64,000 nt of DNA from NCBI GenBank assembly GCA_964270895.1, contig OZ185440.1; one strand, given 5' to 3'. The translations under genes were made by a program, and so were the position numbers. The stretch comes from Podarcis filfolensis. Lineage: Eukaryota. The stretch's first letter is position 1; every line of letters begins with the position of its first letter. Below the pieces are notes generated by a model that saw nothing but the letters and a program-made list of their open reading frames with translations, had not been told where the DNA came from and did no database searches. Of the stretch, positions 13,379 to 26,414 are shown piece by piece.

Positions 13379-14453
13379 AGTAAGCTAGCTGGTAGTAAAT
13401 ATGGTTATTAGAGCATAGTCAAGAAAATGTGTGCAGTAATCTGTCAAGAGGTAGCTTTGTCCACTTCACTGGTCCCTGCAGCCTAATATAACCACTTCCT
13501 ATTAAAATTGCATGGGGACACCACACCATATATGCATTACCCCTTTTCTTCCCCCACTCCAATAGTAGGAGCTATGAGGAACTGCTCTAGCTACTAACAG
13601 TTCACAAGGAAGGCTTATTCTTCTTGTTCCCAGGCTTAGAGCCAGTTTGGGGTTGCTCAATACACACCCACACAAAAGCACCCAGCCAGTCTGTGGACTG
13701 CACCCATCAGTTTCAGGACCCTTGTTCAGATTCGTATCTGAAAATAATAATAATGTGGAATTCCATCAACTACTGAGCATCCTGTCTTGCTTTGGTGCTT
13801 CTTATTTGTCTGGGGTATGAATGCCCTGCATCAGTCACTCAGGGCTTTTTGGCAGTCACCCACACCTCCTCCAGAGTTATTACCACATTTATGGACCTTT
13901 GTTCAAAATGAACTGAATGCTGCCAACTGCACTGAAACACATGCTACAAAATTATTTATTCACATTGTCATCAGGTGGAACTGTTCCTTTATTTATTCTA
14001 CTGTTCATAGTACTCTGCTTTCAAGAGAAATAAAAAGGCAACCTGTTAAGAGAGTCTTAACATCTAACAGGGATGTAGATACTTTAATCATTTGCTCAGG
14101 TATGGTCCAAAGTTCATTCAATTCCAATTGCTCTATTCCACATTACATAAAACTTACAAAAGCACAAGCAGCCACACAATGTGCAGATACAAATAAAACC
14201 TTTCCAAGTATTCCATCAGCCATACTTTTGCAGTGCTCAGGAATGTGAGATGACTTACCAACTGCAGTGACAACTCTGCAAAGGTGCAGAAACAACAGCC
14301 CTTTTGAGGCAACATAATCGGGGAGCAAACCATGCTAGTACAGGTACTGGAGAGCAATCCCTGCCAGATTCTACATACATACAAACTGTACACACACAGG
14401 ATCTGTTCTGTTTATGAGGATAGGGCCTGCTGACACAATCCAGTGCTCTGTGT

Positions 14454-14488
<35 letters not shown>
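14454..14488. repeat. (CT)n(CA)n microsatellite
   Basis: Directly visible. Confidence 0.95.
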
Positions 14489-15147
14489 AACCCACTGAAG
14501 TATATATACCATGTATTATGTTTTTGAAAAGAGGGACACGGCAGAATTGAAACAGGGGGACTGGAAGCTACTAGCAAGTTAACTTATGGATTGAGCCTCA
14601 GTCAGGTTGCCTGTCCAAACTGACAGAAGAAAGGGGCCCATGGTGCATTTTTATTCCCTTTACTGAAGGAAAGCAGCAACAGGATCCAGCAGCCGGAAAC
14701 ATCTGATTGTAAAAAGCATTTCCAATAAATTCTGGATTTTCTACTTTAATAAACTACCTCCTTAAAATGAGATTGCTTTACAAAGTCTTACTCTGTGTGT
14801 GTTTCACTAAATTACCCCCATGGACCACAAAAGTTGGAGGTGCGCCTGTGAGGCCCAACTGAGAAGCATATGGACCTAAAGCAATTCTTTTATGTTAAAA
14901 ATGCATTGAAAGATGGGAGTCATTAAGTTTATAAAGATGCAGAGTTGCTTCAACCTAAATTTACTGTGTACACTCACACGCACATAGACACTGTGAGATT
15001 GGTGAAAGCTATTCTAGCATGTTCCTTACTTGCTTTGAAGGGTAACCCCTGCAAAAAAAAACACAACACCAGGTTTTTGCAAGCTCACAAAACTGCTTCG
15101 CCAACAAAAGATGGCAGCCATCCAAGTAGACCCTGAAGGCTCTAAAG

Positions 15148-15466
15148 CAGGGATCAGCAAACATTTTCAGCAGGGAGACGGTCCACTGTCCCTCGGACTT
15201 TGTGGGGTGCCGGACTATATGGGGGGGGGGGAATGAACGAATTCCTATGCCTCACAAATAACTCAGAGATGCATTTTAAATAAAAGCACACGTTCTACTC
15301 ATGTAAAAACACCAGACAGGCCCCACAAATAACCCAGAGATGCATTTTAAATAAAAGCAACACTCTACTCATGTAAAAATATACTGATTCCTGGACCTTC
15401 CACGGGCCGGATTTAGAAGGCGATTGGGCCGGATCCGGCCCCTGGGCCTTAGTTTGCCTACCCATG
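15148..15466. mobile_element. hAT-superfamily MITE with perfect 8-bp TSD
   Basis: TIRs CAGGGATCAGCAAAC / GTTTGCCTACCCATG; TSD CTCTAAAG at 15140-15147 and 15467-15474; a second copy lies at 28599-28846. Confidence 0.92.
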
Positions 15467-18400
15467 CTCTAAAGAAAGCATGAAAACTCATATTGTCCCA
15501 TTTTAAAAAAAAAGTTTTTGATTCCACAAACAGAGTTTTAAAATTCAGAGTTTAAAAACACATTTCTCAAAATCCAAGAGCTGTCATCTAGCAAAATACA
15601 TCTCTTATAGTTACCACATGATGCTCTTCCCACATAGTGAGATACACAGGTCATGCCTACATCTGCACACACAGAGACACATATGTGAGAACTTATTCTT
15701 TTTTTTGAAGTTCCCTGTACAGCCTGGTTCATTCATTCCATCTTTGCCTGAAGGAATATACAGGTAAACAGAGAGGATTCACTGAGGTATTGTATCTCAA
15801 ACTGGTTGATAAAGAACAATAATTTTAACTGTTTATTGGTGTGTGTTTCAGAACCCAAAAGATGCTCAGCCAATTCAGTTGGTAAGGCCTTGGGCTTCCT
15901 AGGACCCTTGTGAATGAAGTAAAGAACCATTTTGCAACTGTTATTATTGTTCAATGTAATATTTTTTTAATTCTTTGGATACCCATGGCAATTATTCCAA
16001 ATCAGGTTTATGCAGAATCACAAATGGTTTGTAACTAGTTTTTGAAATGTAAGCAGTAGTTGCAAGTTATGTAGAAATAAAATATGTGATTCTGTGAACT
16101 GTAAAAGGTGAGGAAGGAAAGCACAAGGAGTGAAAGCAAATTAAATAAACATGCAAATGTGCATGTTGCATGTGTGTACTACAAATTTCTTAGGGATATG
16201 CCCAAAGAGGAGATATGAAATCATTAGATCCCTTTGTCAAGTACAAGAGCAGGTCAAACATCAGCTTCTTAAAATAGTAATGTTTATCCCAAATTTAATA
16301 GTCCCCTATGAATCAAGGAAGATTTTCCTTAAACTTTGACAATGCCAGGCATCTCTCAAATGAACGTTCTTCCCATAAAGGCAACAATGCTTCTCAGTTT
16401 CTCAGAAAGGATTTTTGCAGCCAAAATCTCCCAAAACTTAAAATCTTCTGGCTCAGCTGCCTAGAAAATTGTCAGCGATTTCATTCTTGACAGCTTTACA
16501 CAGATAAAGCTTGCCTGTCTCAATTCCGCTGACAATATGAACAAGCAGCAAGCAAGACTGAAGCACAAGAAAGAAGAGCGAAACAGGGGAGATAAACTAA
16601 ACTATCTGGTGACTAAGAGCTCTCCCAGACACCCTTTCTGTATGAAGTGGCAGTGCCCCACTTCTCTCTTCATTACAAGGGCTTCAACAAGACATTTATT
16701 CAATGAAAGCTGACACTGAACAGATCCAGTCAATGCCTCTGGTTTTCTACTATTGCCCTCATGGATGCAGGCCTTGGCTGGCTGACTCACAACAGCTGTA
16801 ACTTTGAACTGCAAGTTGTAAGATGTTCCTGGCCCTCCGCTGCCTTACATGATCATTGCCCCAAGCTGGGAGTGAACATACTTTGCAGAGAGAAAAAGGC
16901 ATGACATACAGAGACCAAAAGCAGCATGCAATATTTCTAAACTAAAAATTACAAACACATTAGACTTGTGCTTCCATAAACCCAGTGACCTATGGTGTAA
17001 TAAATAATAAAGTAAAAACAGATCCACAAATCAAGACACTTGCATTTTAGGAATAAAAAAGCCACAGTTCAGGGCTAAAGTTCAGGGTCAGAGCTGTCCT
17101 CCTTGGCTTAAGGGTCGTTTGACAGAGATACTTGGTTTGAAAGCCTGCGAGCTGAAAAACTAAGCAAGCCCACTGCAGCTCTGACAAGAGGCCAAGAAAC
17201 TCAAATGAAAGAAAATTCCCACAAATGGGAGCATGATCTCAGAGCAGAAAAGGATCTGCTTCATGGGAAAAGTTTGGACATTTTAAAAAAGCCAGAGACC
17301 AGGCTCTGCGAGTTACCAGTCAGCTCTGTAAGCAGCATGGCTGTGAGACTATTAAACAAGAGCAGATGACAAGGAAGCAAACTACTCCAGCCCTAGACAA
17401 ATAGAGCTGGAACATTTTCAAAAAGAACCACATTCCTTGCACCGTACTGAGTATGAAAACCAAACCACAATGTGGCCTTTCAAATTAGCACTTGGGAAAG
17501 ACATGATCTAATGAGAAGAATAACATCCTATGTCATCCAGAAGTGTAAATGCAGAGAAATGTTTTATCTGATCAGAGTACCATGAGGATTAGCAACAAAT
17601 ATCTGGAAGCCCTGCGGTAAGTCACCAAGTCTCTTCTACATCAGCTGTTCATGTTGCAGAGTTCCTGTATAAGCCCCAATAAGCAGGGGGAAGTGTCAGC
17701 TTCACTTGGTAGCAACCACCATCTATTCAATCAACAGTATAATAATAGGGTGTTCTGTTCCAGCAGAGATTTGCAAAAGCATGAGGCTTATAGGAAAACT
17801 GAGCATGAGATCTTCACAGGAAAGACATTTGACAGGTTTGTTGGTCCCACCCACCTACTGAAAGGTCACACATGTATGTGCATCTAGTGTCTTCAGCGCA
17901 CAGAATGTTGAAAGCTGAAGCTGCATATCATTACTCTTGCATTTGACAGTTAAGTTATTTTGTTTTGTGGTGCCTACCTCTTTTGCATAATTTATACTCT
18001 TCCATTCCATATTTGAATAGTTTTATGTATTTTATAATTGTGGTGGTTTTCTTTGGTTCTATAATTGTATATTTGAGTGCTGTCACCCACCTTAGGACTT
18101 TATGGTGAAGGGTAGGTAAGAAATCTTATAAATGAATAAGTGCGTGTACAAACACACACACATATTCATCACAAATGAACTAAGAGATGTTTGAGGTCAC
18201 AGAAGAAGCTCAATAAAACCATGAAAGCCCTGCAAGAATTGAGAGTTCTGTATTGTTTATTTGCCCATACACCTTCACAGAGCATCTCTTGTGATTCAGT
18301 ATAAATAACACTTCCATTTCTCTAGTCAAACCTGTCACTAAACCTCTCATGAATAACCCTTCAGAAATAGGAGCTGCCCACACAGTTTAGCCATGAATTC

Positions 18401-20953
18401 TTGCTCAAAACCCTGGAAAAAGGCAGACCTGAGAAGGTATCTGTCATTTCCTCCCAACCACTTCTTGGAATATTTCCACCCACCTGTTAATGTCAGGCAC
18501 AGAGGCAAGGTATCATGCTCTCATGGGATTGGCAAGCTTACAGTTATGTCGGTTTACTGGGCTATTTCCAGTACCAGAGCACCTCATAAATGGCAGCAGT
18601 TATTTTATTAATCTTAGTATTATGAGGCAGCTGCCTTCCCTCTTCAATTCAATTTTCATTGAAAAGTTTCTGTAGTTAAAAGATTTCCAAGTCAGCTCAA
18701 GGCTGAAAGGGAATCTCTTATGGAAAGCATCCCTTTTGGGACATGTGTGACAAAGATATACTGCTCTTCACTGACAGTAATGTTGGGAAGAATGTAATTC
18801 TAAATGTATTTTTTTTAAAAAAAAGTAGAGAAAGAAGGAGAGAAACAACAGATAATTCTGCTAGGTGTGGGAATATAAAAACTGACCATTAAGATCAAAT
18901 GGAATACTGAATTAATGTTTCCAAATGATTCTTTTGAATATGTTGACAGTTTGCGGGAATCTAAATCTATAAGCATATTCATTATCCCTTACACTATTTT
19001 CAAATTATGAAACAAACATTATTGACTAAGGCTACAATCCTGTACCTGTTTACCTAGAAGTAAGCCCCTTTAAAACCTATGCTATTTCTTCTGAATAAAC
19101 ATGTAGAGGATTGTTCATTTCTCAAAACAAAAAGATGCCTGACAGTACAGGCATCTTTTTCAGTCTTGATTCAGTCCCAAACACAGAGCCTTGCAACCAA
19201 GGGTTTCACTCTTAATTTGAGCATTATTTGAAATTGCACTAATGCATTGGGGTGGGAACTGCACGATTCCACTTGCTTACTATGCCTCCACTGATGCGCA
19301 CAGGAGGCATATTAGTGGCACATATAGAGGCAAGGAGAAAGAGAAGTGGGCACAAGCAAGATACAATTCTAACGAGCAAATGTAGCAAGTACAGAGGCTT
19401 GAGGGTTTGGCTTACTCTAGCACATCAAGCCCTTACAGCTACCAGAAGTCTACCCATCCTCACAAAAGCTATTTATGTCCCTTCAAAGGGGAGCCTCCCT
19501 TAGAAGACTAGAAAGCTCGGTCACACAATGTCCAAGACAGCTTTCTAGATGCATATGGGAATCCACTTTCAAGCTAACAGAAGGGAATAGGAAGGCTCCA
19601 ACAACTTTATAGCAAGGGCTGCAAGCCCACTCCCCAACTGCTCTAAGCAATTTTTCACAGGTTTCAACTTGTCATCAGGGATTCCAAATGCAATAATATA
19701 TAGCAGCAGTGCCCTCTACTGGCATAAGGAACAAATAGCTAAGCACTTGCTCTCTTTTGCTCTCTTTTTGCCTTCAAAAGCTATAAAACATCAATTTCTC
19801 ATAGGGCACATTCTCCAACATAAATATCCCGAGGGTAACATTAGTGGGCTTTAATCTCTTGGAATGAAGTGACATCATCACAATGAACATAGACTATAAG
19901 ATGTCTATGTAGAGGCAAACCTAATCTGGAACACATTTATGCAACTGGTACACACAAAGCCAACTAACATCACAGGACTGGATCCTGAGTTGCCTTTCCA
20001 TGAACAGAAGGGTTCCTTCTGTTCACGGATAGGACTGCAATCCAGCAAAGACTCCCACTGGGGGGAATGGGGGCAGGCCATTTTCATAGACAACTTTTCC
20101 TTTGCAGCCTCCTCACCACCTCCCACACTGTTCCAGAGTATCCCCACAACTATAGGGGGAAACAATGAAAATAATTTGCCAGCAGAAGCATCCCAGGAGC
20201 AGAATTTTGCTTGTGGAAATGCTGGATTTAACCCTTATGTGAAATGTTAGTTCTTGGGTGAGCAAATAATTAACTTCAGAAGCAGGTCTTTTATGTTCAG
20301 TATTCAGTTCTGAAGTCCTTTCCTCTCAATTTTCACTTAAGTATCTAACCCTGAATATTAGTGTTAAGCAGGCAGAAGTCCTCTTTGACAATACACAAAA
20401 TATATTGCTGGGAGGAGCATAAAAGTAAATATGAAACTTTAAAGCATGCAACAGCTTCTAAGAGGCACACTGCAGCCTATCAAGTTGGTTTCTCATTTCA
20501 TTTAGTCCTGCAACTGGGCTATGAAGTCGTTCGCCTTTGCCAGACCTAACCTATGTAAACTTTATGGACAATTATATTTCCCCCCATTAACTATAGAGAA
20601 GAAAGAGTAAAACTAATTGCACGAAGGAACTGCTTTTAAAAGTTCACTGAATATCCAACATTTGCTAATGTCCTTTTAAATGTCGCTACTTAGGGTTGTG
20701 CCCGACTAAATCACTGAGCACAAGTGGAAGGACTTCCACATATAAAATGCAACTTCTTCTACCTCTCCCCTCCCCAGGCACCCCCAGATCAGGTCTGGGA
20801 GTTCCCCAACTCTTGGGAGTATATGGGGGGAGAACAGGAAAGTTCCATTGTGCGAGCAGAAGTCATTCCACATTTGTAATTATTTAGTTGGACAAAACTC
20901 TTACTTACTTTCCTTTTACACTTAGTTTTAGGGCCACATCATACATTCTTTGC

Positions 20954-21488
20954 TGTCATGAGCCCTGCAGCACTGTCCGGATCAGGCTTGAGTTGGCAAA
21001 TTCCGAGAAATAAGGAAGAAATGGGAAGCAGGGGCTGAATTGTAGGAACGTAGGTTGGAGAAGATGGGGAGCTCATCTTTCCACCCCAACTTCAGTCACT
21101 TTGGAAAGGGGAGCAGAGATGCTGGCTCTCCCCTCTGACATTCCTGTGGAATGCTAAGCCGCAGTGGAGGCTGGAGAGGATTTTGATCAGCTGAGGAGGG
21201 AGGCTGAACCGGAGACAGAAACAACTAAAGCAGAACCAGAATAGGAAGGTGCAATCTTGTTGCCTAGAACCAAGCACCCCCTTTGGTGAGATCAGACCTC
21301 TTGTCCTGAGAGAGCACGAGCTTGCAATTTTGGCATTCCCACAAGTGAGAGAATCTCACAAGGGAACATGGCATGCCTTGTCTTTAAAAGCTTGGCAGGA
21401 GGAAAGCGGAACCTTGATGGGACATCTTCATCACCTTCCACCTAGTTCTGAACTTCTTGCCCTGCTCCTGAACTCCTGAATCATGACT
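20954..21488. mobile_element. possible solo LTR (Gypsy-like)
   Basis: Begins TGTCATGA and ends TCATGACT (short inverted termini, TG...CA-like), ~535 bp, purine-rich interior; no TSD found. Confidence 0.4.
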
Positions 21489-22714
21489 ACCAAGTCAGTA
21501 ACATTACTTTGCCAGAATAAATATCTATTTCTTACCTGCAAGTAATAACTTCTGTCTGTATGTGTTGGGTGGGAGCCAGGACATTTCCTATCAAATATAC
21601 ATGTGGCAAGGAACAGTGGCTAAATCTCCAACTCCCTGGCACATAATACATGCTGTGGTAAACACATATGTGTTCCACCAATGTTACATGTATGTCAATA
21701 AATTGCAGTGTACCTATGTGCAAAGTGGCTTTGAGGTCATGGAGCAAGAGTCCAGTAACACTGCTTAGGATTAGCAGTTTGGAATTTCATGAACTTTCAA
21801 GAGCAGATTTGTTGAAAATCAATATACGTTTTCATTAAGCAGAGTATCTTTATTCAGAGCTGAGTGTTCACCTTACTAAGAAATGGGTAATTCCAAAGAA
21901 ATATGGATTTTACATCCATAATCAAGTAGGCAGGTTTTGAAAACAAACTCCTGTACTATTCACACAAAAAGATGAGTGAAAGTGAAGGAACATGGAGTAC
22001 ATATTTCTATTTAAAGGATCCCTATTTCTGAAATGCTTGTTTCTGCCAAGTGTCAATATAAAATATATTCCTTCCCAGTATACATTCATCCATGACAAAA
22101 GGTCACAATAACTCTGGGATAGTCCCATGACTTCTCTAAAAATGACCCCAGCAAATATGTAAACAATACAGAAGGCGACACGTCCTCCTGAATATCCCCA
22201 ATAAAAATATATAATACATTTACACCACAAAGAGCGAAACACAGGCTACATATAGTTGTCCCCCTGCCCCATGTGGCCAGCTGGATGCCTCTCAGTTTTC
22301 TACTCCTGTCAAATTTACCAACCGCCTCTGCCACTAAATTTGCCATGGCCACAGCTGCATTTGGTACCGTCCCTGCCACCAAAGCAACTTCACTTTTGCT
22401 AACCACCCATTACTTAAAAAAAAACAATCAAAGAAAACACCCCTCCTTTACAGAACTGAGCCAACGTTGCCACTTCTGTCTACCCTACTCTTTGCTTCCT
22501 CCAACCATAGATGTGCCAGGTAGAGCATCTATACAACACTTTACCTTGCACACTCGATGATCAAAAGAGAAGAAAGACAACAGCAAGATGTAGCAAGAGT
22601 CAGCAAGATCAGAATGGAACTCAGCACTGCAGTGAAGAAAGACAATCCAAACGAGGGACAGCAGAAGTAAGCACTTGCCAGAGATAGGGAGTGGAGTGGG
22701 GAGATAAAGGGATA

Positions 22715-22939
22715 CAGTCATACCTTGGATCCCAAACGCCTTGGGAGTCAAATGTTCCAGCTCCCAAACAATCGAAACCCAGAAGTGAGTGTTCCAGTTT
22801 TCAAACATTCTTTTGGAACCCGAAAGTCCGACGGGGCTTCTGCAGCTTCCGATTAGCTGAAGGAGCCAACGTTTCCAAATGTTTTGGAAGTCGAATGGAC
22901 TTCCGGAACGGATTCCGTTCGACTTCCAAGGTACAACTG
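22715..22939. mobile_element. Tc1/mariner (Tigger/pogo-like) MITE
   Basis: TIRs CAGTCATACCTTGGATCCCAAACG / CGTTCGACTTCCAAGGTACAACTG flanked by TA (22713-22714, 22940-22941); CpG-rich interior. Confidence 0.88.
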
Positions 22940-23010
22940 TATATGGATTTTTTTTAAAATACCATTGCATGTCTCCTCTCATGCTGAGATAAAAGTGTGT
23001 TTGTGTTTGA

Positions 23011-23033
23011 TGTGTGTGTGTGTGTGAGTGAGT

Positions 23034-23088
<55 letters not shown>
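23011..23088. repeat. compound (TG)n(GA)n(GACA)n microsatellite
   Basis: Directly visible; it explains the SVCL/RQTD repeat ORFs in the track. Confidence 0.95.
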
Positions 23089-23089
<1 letters not shown>

Positions 23090-25064
23090 TTGGTGGGAAG
23101 GGGGAAGGTTATGGGGAATGAATGTGTCTGTGTGTACGTGTGCAAATGAGTATGTGGTCCCTGATCTACCACCACTACCTCTGGCTCTTAGGGCCAAAAA
23201 AGTTGCCCATCCAACTTTATGTGCATGTGAATTTAGCCTTCAATAAATGTATTTAATAAGCATAATTGATTCTGGCAGAAATACTTTGTTTTAAGAATAA
23301 TTCAGAAAAAGAACTCCTAAATGGCAGGGACCACATTTTGATACAGTGCTAAGGCACAAGCTATGGCTTGCTTAACCATGCTGTCCATAAGCTGTGTGTT
23401 GGCACATGCAGCTCAAGCTCTCCCACTTGACTCCGATCTTAGTCAAACAGGGAAATAAACCCTGGAGCAGATGGGTTAGCAATACATGCAACCCAGCACT
23501 TGTGCTTTGTTTCCCTCCAAACAAGACACAATCTGTGCATCCTCTAAGTATGCACAGAATCACAGGCTACGGGCACTTGAAATCTGTGTTTAGGCTCAAA
23601 GAAAAGTTTCCAGGCTTTTGTTGCCAAGGCTTCTCCTCTTACCTTTCATTACCAATCAGGCATTTATGCCTAATGTATAGTAAATAAACTCTCTAAAGGA
23701 ACTGAAGGTATGCACTTGGGACAGCAGTTGAAAATCATGCCAATAACTGTTTAATACTGAATAAGTCCATATGACAAATATTTATTTGTTTCGTTAAGCC
23801 AGTATGAGGCAAAAACCTTAAGTGCATTTGAGGGTGACTCAGGAGGGGAAAACTGGAAACAAATGCTGAATTTGTAAAGTACTTACAACACTGATTGCAA
23901 AAAGAGAACAGAGTAAAACAACCCAGATTTCTGTGGGCAGTCAGCGTGGAAAATAAGTGGACATATTTCCTTTTTATTTAAATCTATTTGCTTCTTGGAT
24001 AAAAGCTCCCAAGATATATGACTCCAGAATGCAGAGGTTAGAGTCCCGGCATGCACAGTCCAGTATGCATGGATATAAATATATTAAACAGGGAGCTCAT
24101 TTGCCCTTTTTCAGGCTCCAATTCCTTGTATATTTCAGGAAACATTGTAAGTAACCACTATATGCACTGAACTCAGAAGAGACTTTCTTCCATGTGGACA
24201 GCGTAATATGGGAACTGGGTATCATACTATCAATGACAGTGACACATGGGTTGATTATCCCCCAAAATATGCAACGTGTCTAACCAAAAAAGCTTTATAC
24301 CAAGGGCATCAAATCATCATCAATAAACAAATTAGAACCATATTAAATTTAAAAAGTCATTTATAGTTAAGAGACTTTTGCTTACAGCAATTGCAGAACA
24401 AACAGAGAATATGTAACAGAGTCCTTTCTCATGGTATTCCTGTTCATACCATCAATGAACTGCATAACTGTTTAATTCTCAAGACTGAATTGAACATATC
24501 CTAAAGTTTCTCCATTCATTCCTTGAAATATATTTCTGAAATTGTCAGGCTGCCCTGTCCCCTTTTCTGCTAATTTTTCAGAAATTATTTAGGACTGCTA
24601 TTTGCACAATCTTGACTCCCAGTGTTACTGAATACAGATTCAAGACCACTGTACCCAGCGTTACTCACTGTACCCTACGTTACTCACTGAGCTTCTGCAG
24701 TGCCCATTAAAGACTGGTGATCTTGTGGTTATTCAGTATTTTGAAAAATGAAATGGCAATTTTTATTTGTTGATTTTAAAAAAATGTATCAAATCAAATG
24801 AAGCACACAATTTCTGAATTTGCAAAACAGATCACAACTACCAAAGCTAAAGGATCATTGCCTTTAATTTACCAGTTACTAATAACGAAAGTTTTACAAA
24901 AACAGAAATCATTTTAATTCCAATTGCAAGAACAGTCAGCATAAGATGTTTGTTTATATTCTAGAACCAACAAAACCTATTTGCACAAATTTGAAAGGGG
25001 GGGTATGTATTATTTAATGCCACATAATTTGAATAAGATCTACAAAACCAATACACATACTTTA

Positions 25065-25310
25065 TAATATGGAATTTGTATACCGCTTAAACATAAAAAC
25101 TTCTAAACGGCTTACTAAGGAGAGATAAAAACAAGTTAACCTAAAAAAATTATGAAACTTAGATCAAATCAGCAGTTTGAAATATACATTATAAAATAAA
25201 ATTACACATGAAAACAAAACGGTTTTTAGCTGGCACTGAAAATAACATAGTGAAGGTGTCTGCCTAATGTCAGTAAGCAAGGGGTTCCAGAGTGTTGGTG
25301 CTGTCAAGCA
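25065..25310 (-). mobile_element. degenerate L2 LINE 3' tail
   Basis: TTTGTATACCGCTT...AAACGGCTTAC followed by GTTTTTAGCTGGCACTGAAAA...GGGGTTCCAGAGTGTTGGTGC, the typical antisense L2 3' end as recalled. Confidence 0.55.
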
Positions 25311-26414
25311 AAAATAGTAAATGTGTATCTATGTTTTTCGGTATTGAGAATCTTCATATATATTCCATTTATTTATTACATAGTCTATCACCTCTTCCTT
25401 TTATTTGGGGGTTCTTTATTATATATGTATTGATAATAATGTATACAAATTTTAAAGAAACATTAGATATTTCCAACATTCCCCAATAAGGAAAGTATAG
25501 AAAGAGCAACAATAAAACCAGATTAAGCAGAAGCACAGCAATTCTCTAATAGGACTGTGGACATAGCACAATCTTCAAGAAATAGCAAGCAGATCCAGCT
25601 GTTGAACTGTCCTGGTTACATACTGGTCTCTGTCCAGCCCTCCCACAGCCACCACACAAGTAAATCAAAACACATCTGTGATCAACACCAACAGCCCAGG
25701 GCTGTAGTGGAACATTTTCAAATGCAGTAAAAGGTTTCCATGCAAAAATTCCTAATAAGGAACATAGCTAGGTTGTCAAATGGAACTAATTACTATTTGC
25801 ATCTTGCACCTCCTGAGATGGCTCTGGCCTCAGGAAGGTATCAAAATAGAGAGCCAGTGGTCTTTAAACATATCATCCAGTATTCAAAACAGCATTTCAG
25901 TGGAAAGATTGGGGGACGTACACCACACACATTCCCTGGTGATGGCAAAAGCTTAGTTTGTAAGTACTTTGATTATTAAGTGTTTAGGTTGAGGCCCCAC
26001 TGTAATTCAGGAAACTGAAGTTTACCACAAGCAAGGAGTAGCAAAGTAAAGAAAACTTTACTATTTGGGGGAGAAGGGGCACATTTTTTTAATGTGCAGG
26101 AGGTGGTCAGGGTTGAAACAAGAGAATATGTTTCTGTTCCATTAAAGGAAAGCAGATTACTTTAAAAAGCAAAGTGCAATGTGTACTATAATAATGTGGA
26201 GTCATTCCAACTACTCTGCCTCCAATTTATCTTTTCAGTTTGGAATACTGAAAAAAATCTTGAAAAGCACCTGGGAGACAGGTAGATAGAAGAATAGTGT
26301 CAGGATGTTTTATACCAAAGGTAGGAAAGCAAGAATGTTACATTAATAATCAAAGCTGCAGCGCAGAAAACCAAGCAGAAAGAACATCATTTCATACTGT
26401 TTCACACATATTTG

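Noticed and set aside
13787-14248. 153-aa plus-strand ORF
   Set aside because: Starts at a non-ATG codon, is antisense to ST3GAL3, has no recognisable domain or splice context.
21536-21587. 52-nt segment with a strong minus-strand donor CAG|GTAAGA
   Set aside because: Weak acceptor, not frame-preserving, no homology; consistent with chance in a 25-kb intron.
22485-23246. 201-aa and neighbouring ORFs
   Set aside because: They are built from a microsatellite (SVCL/RQTD repeats) plus a MITE; not a gene.
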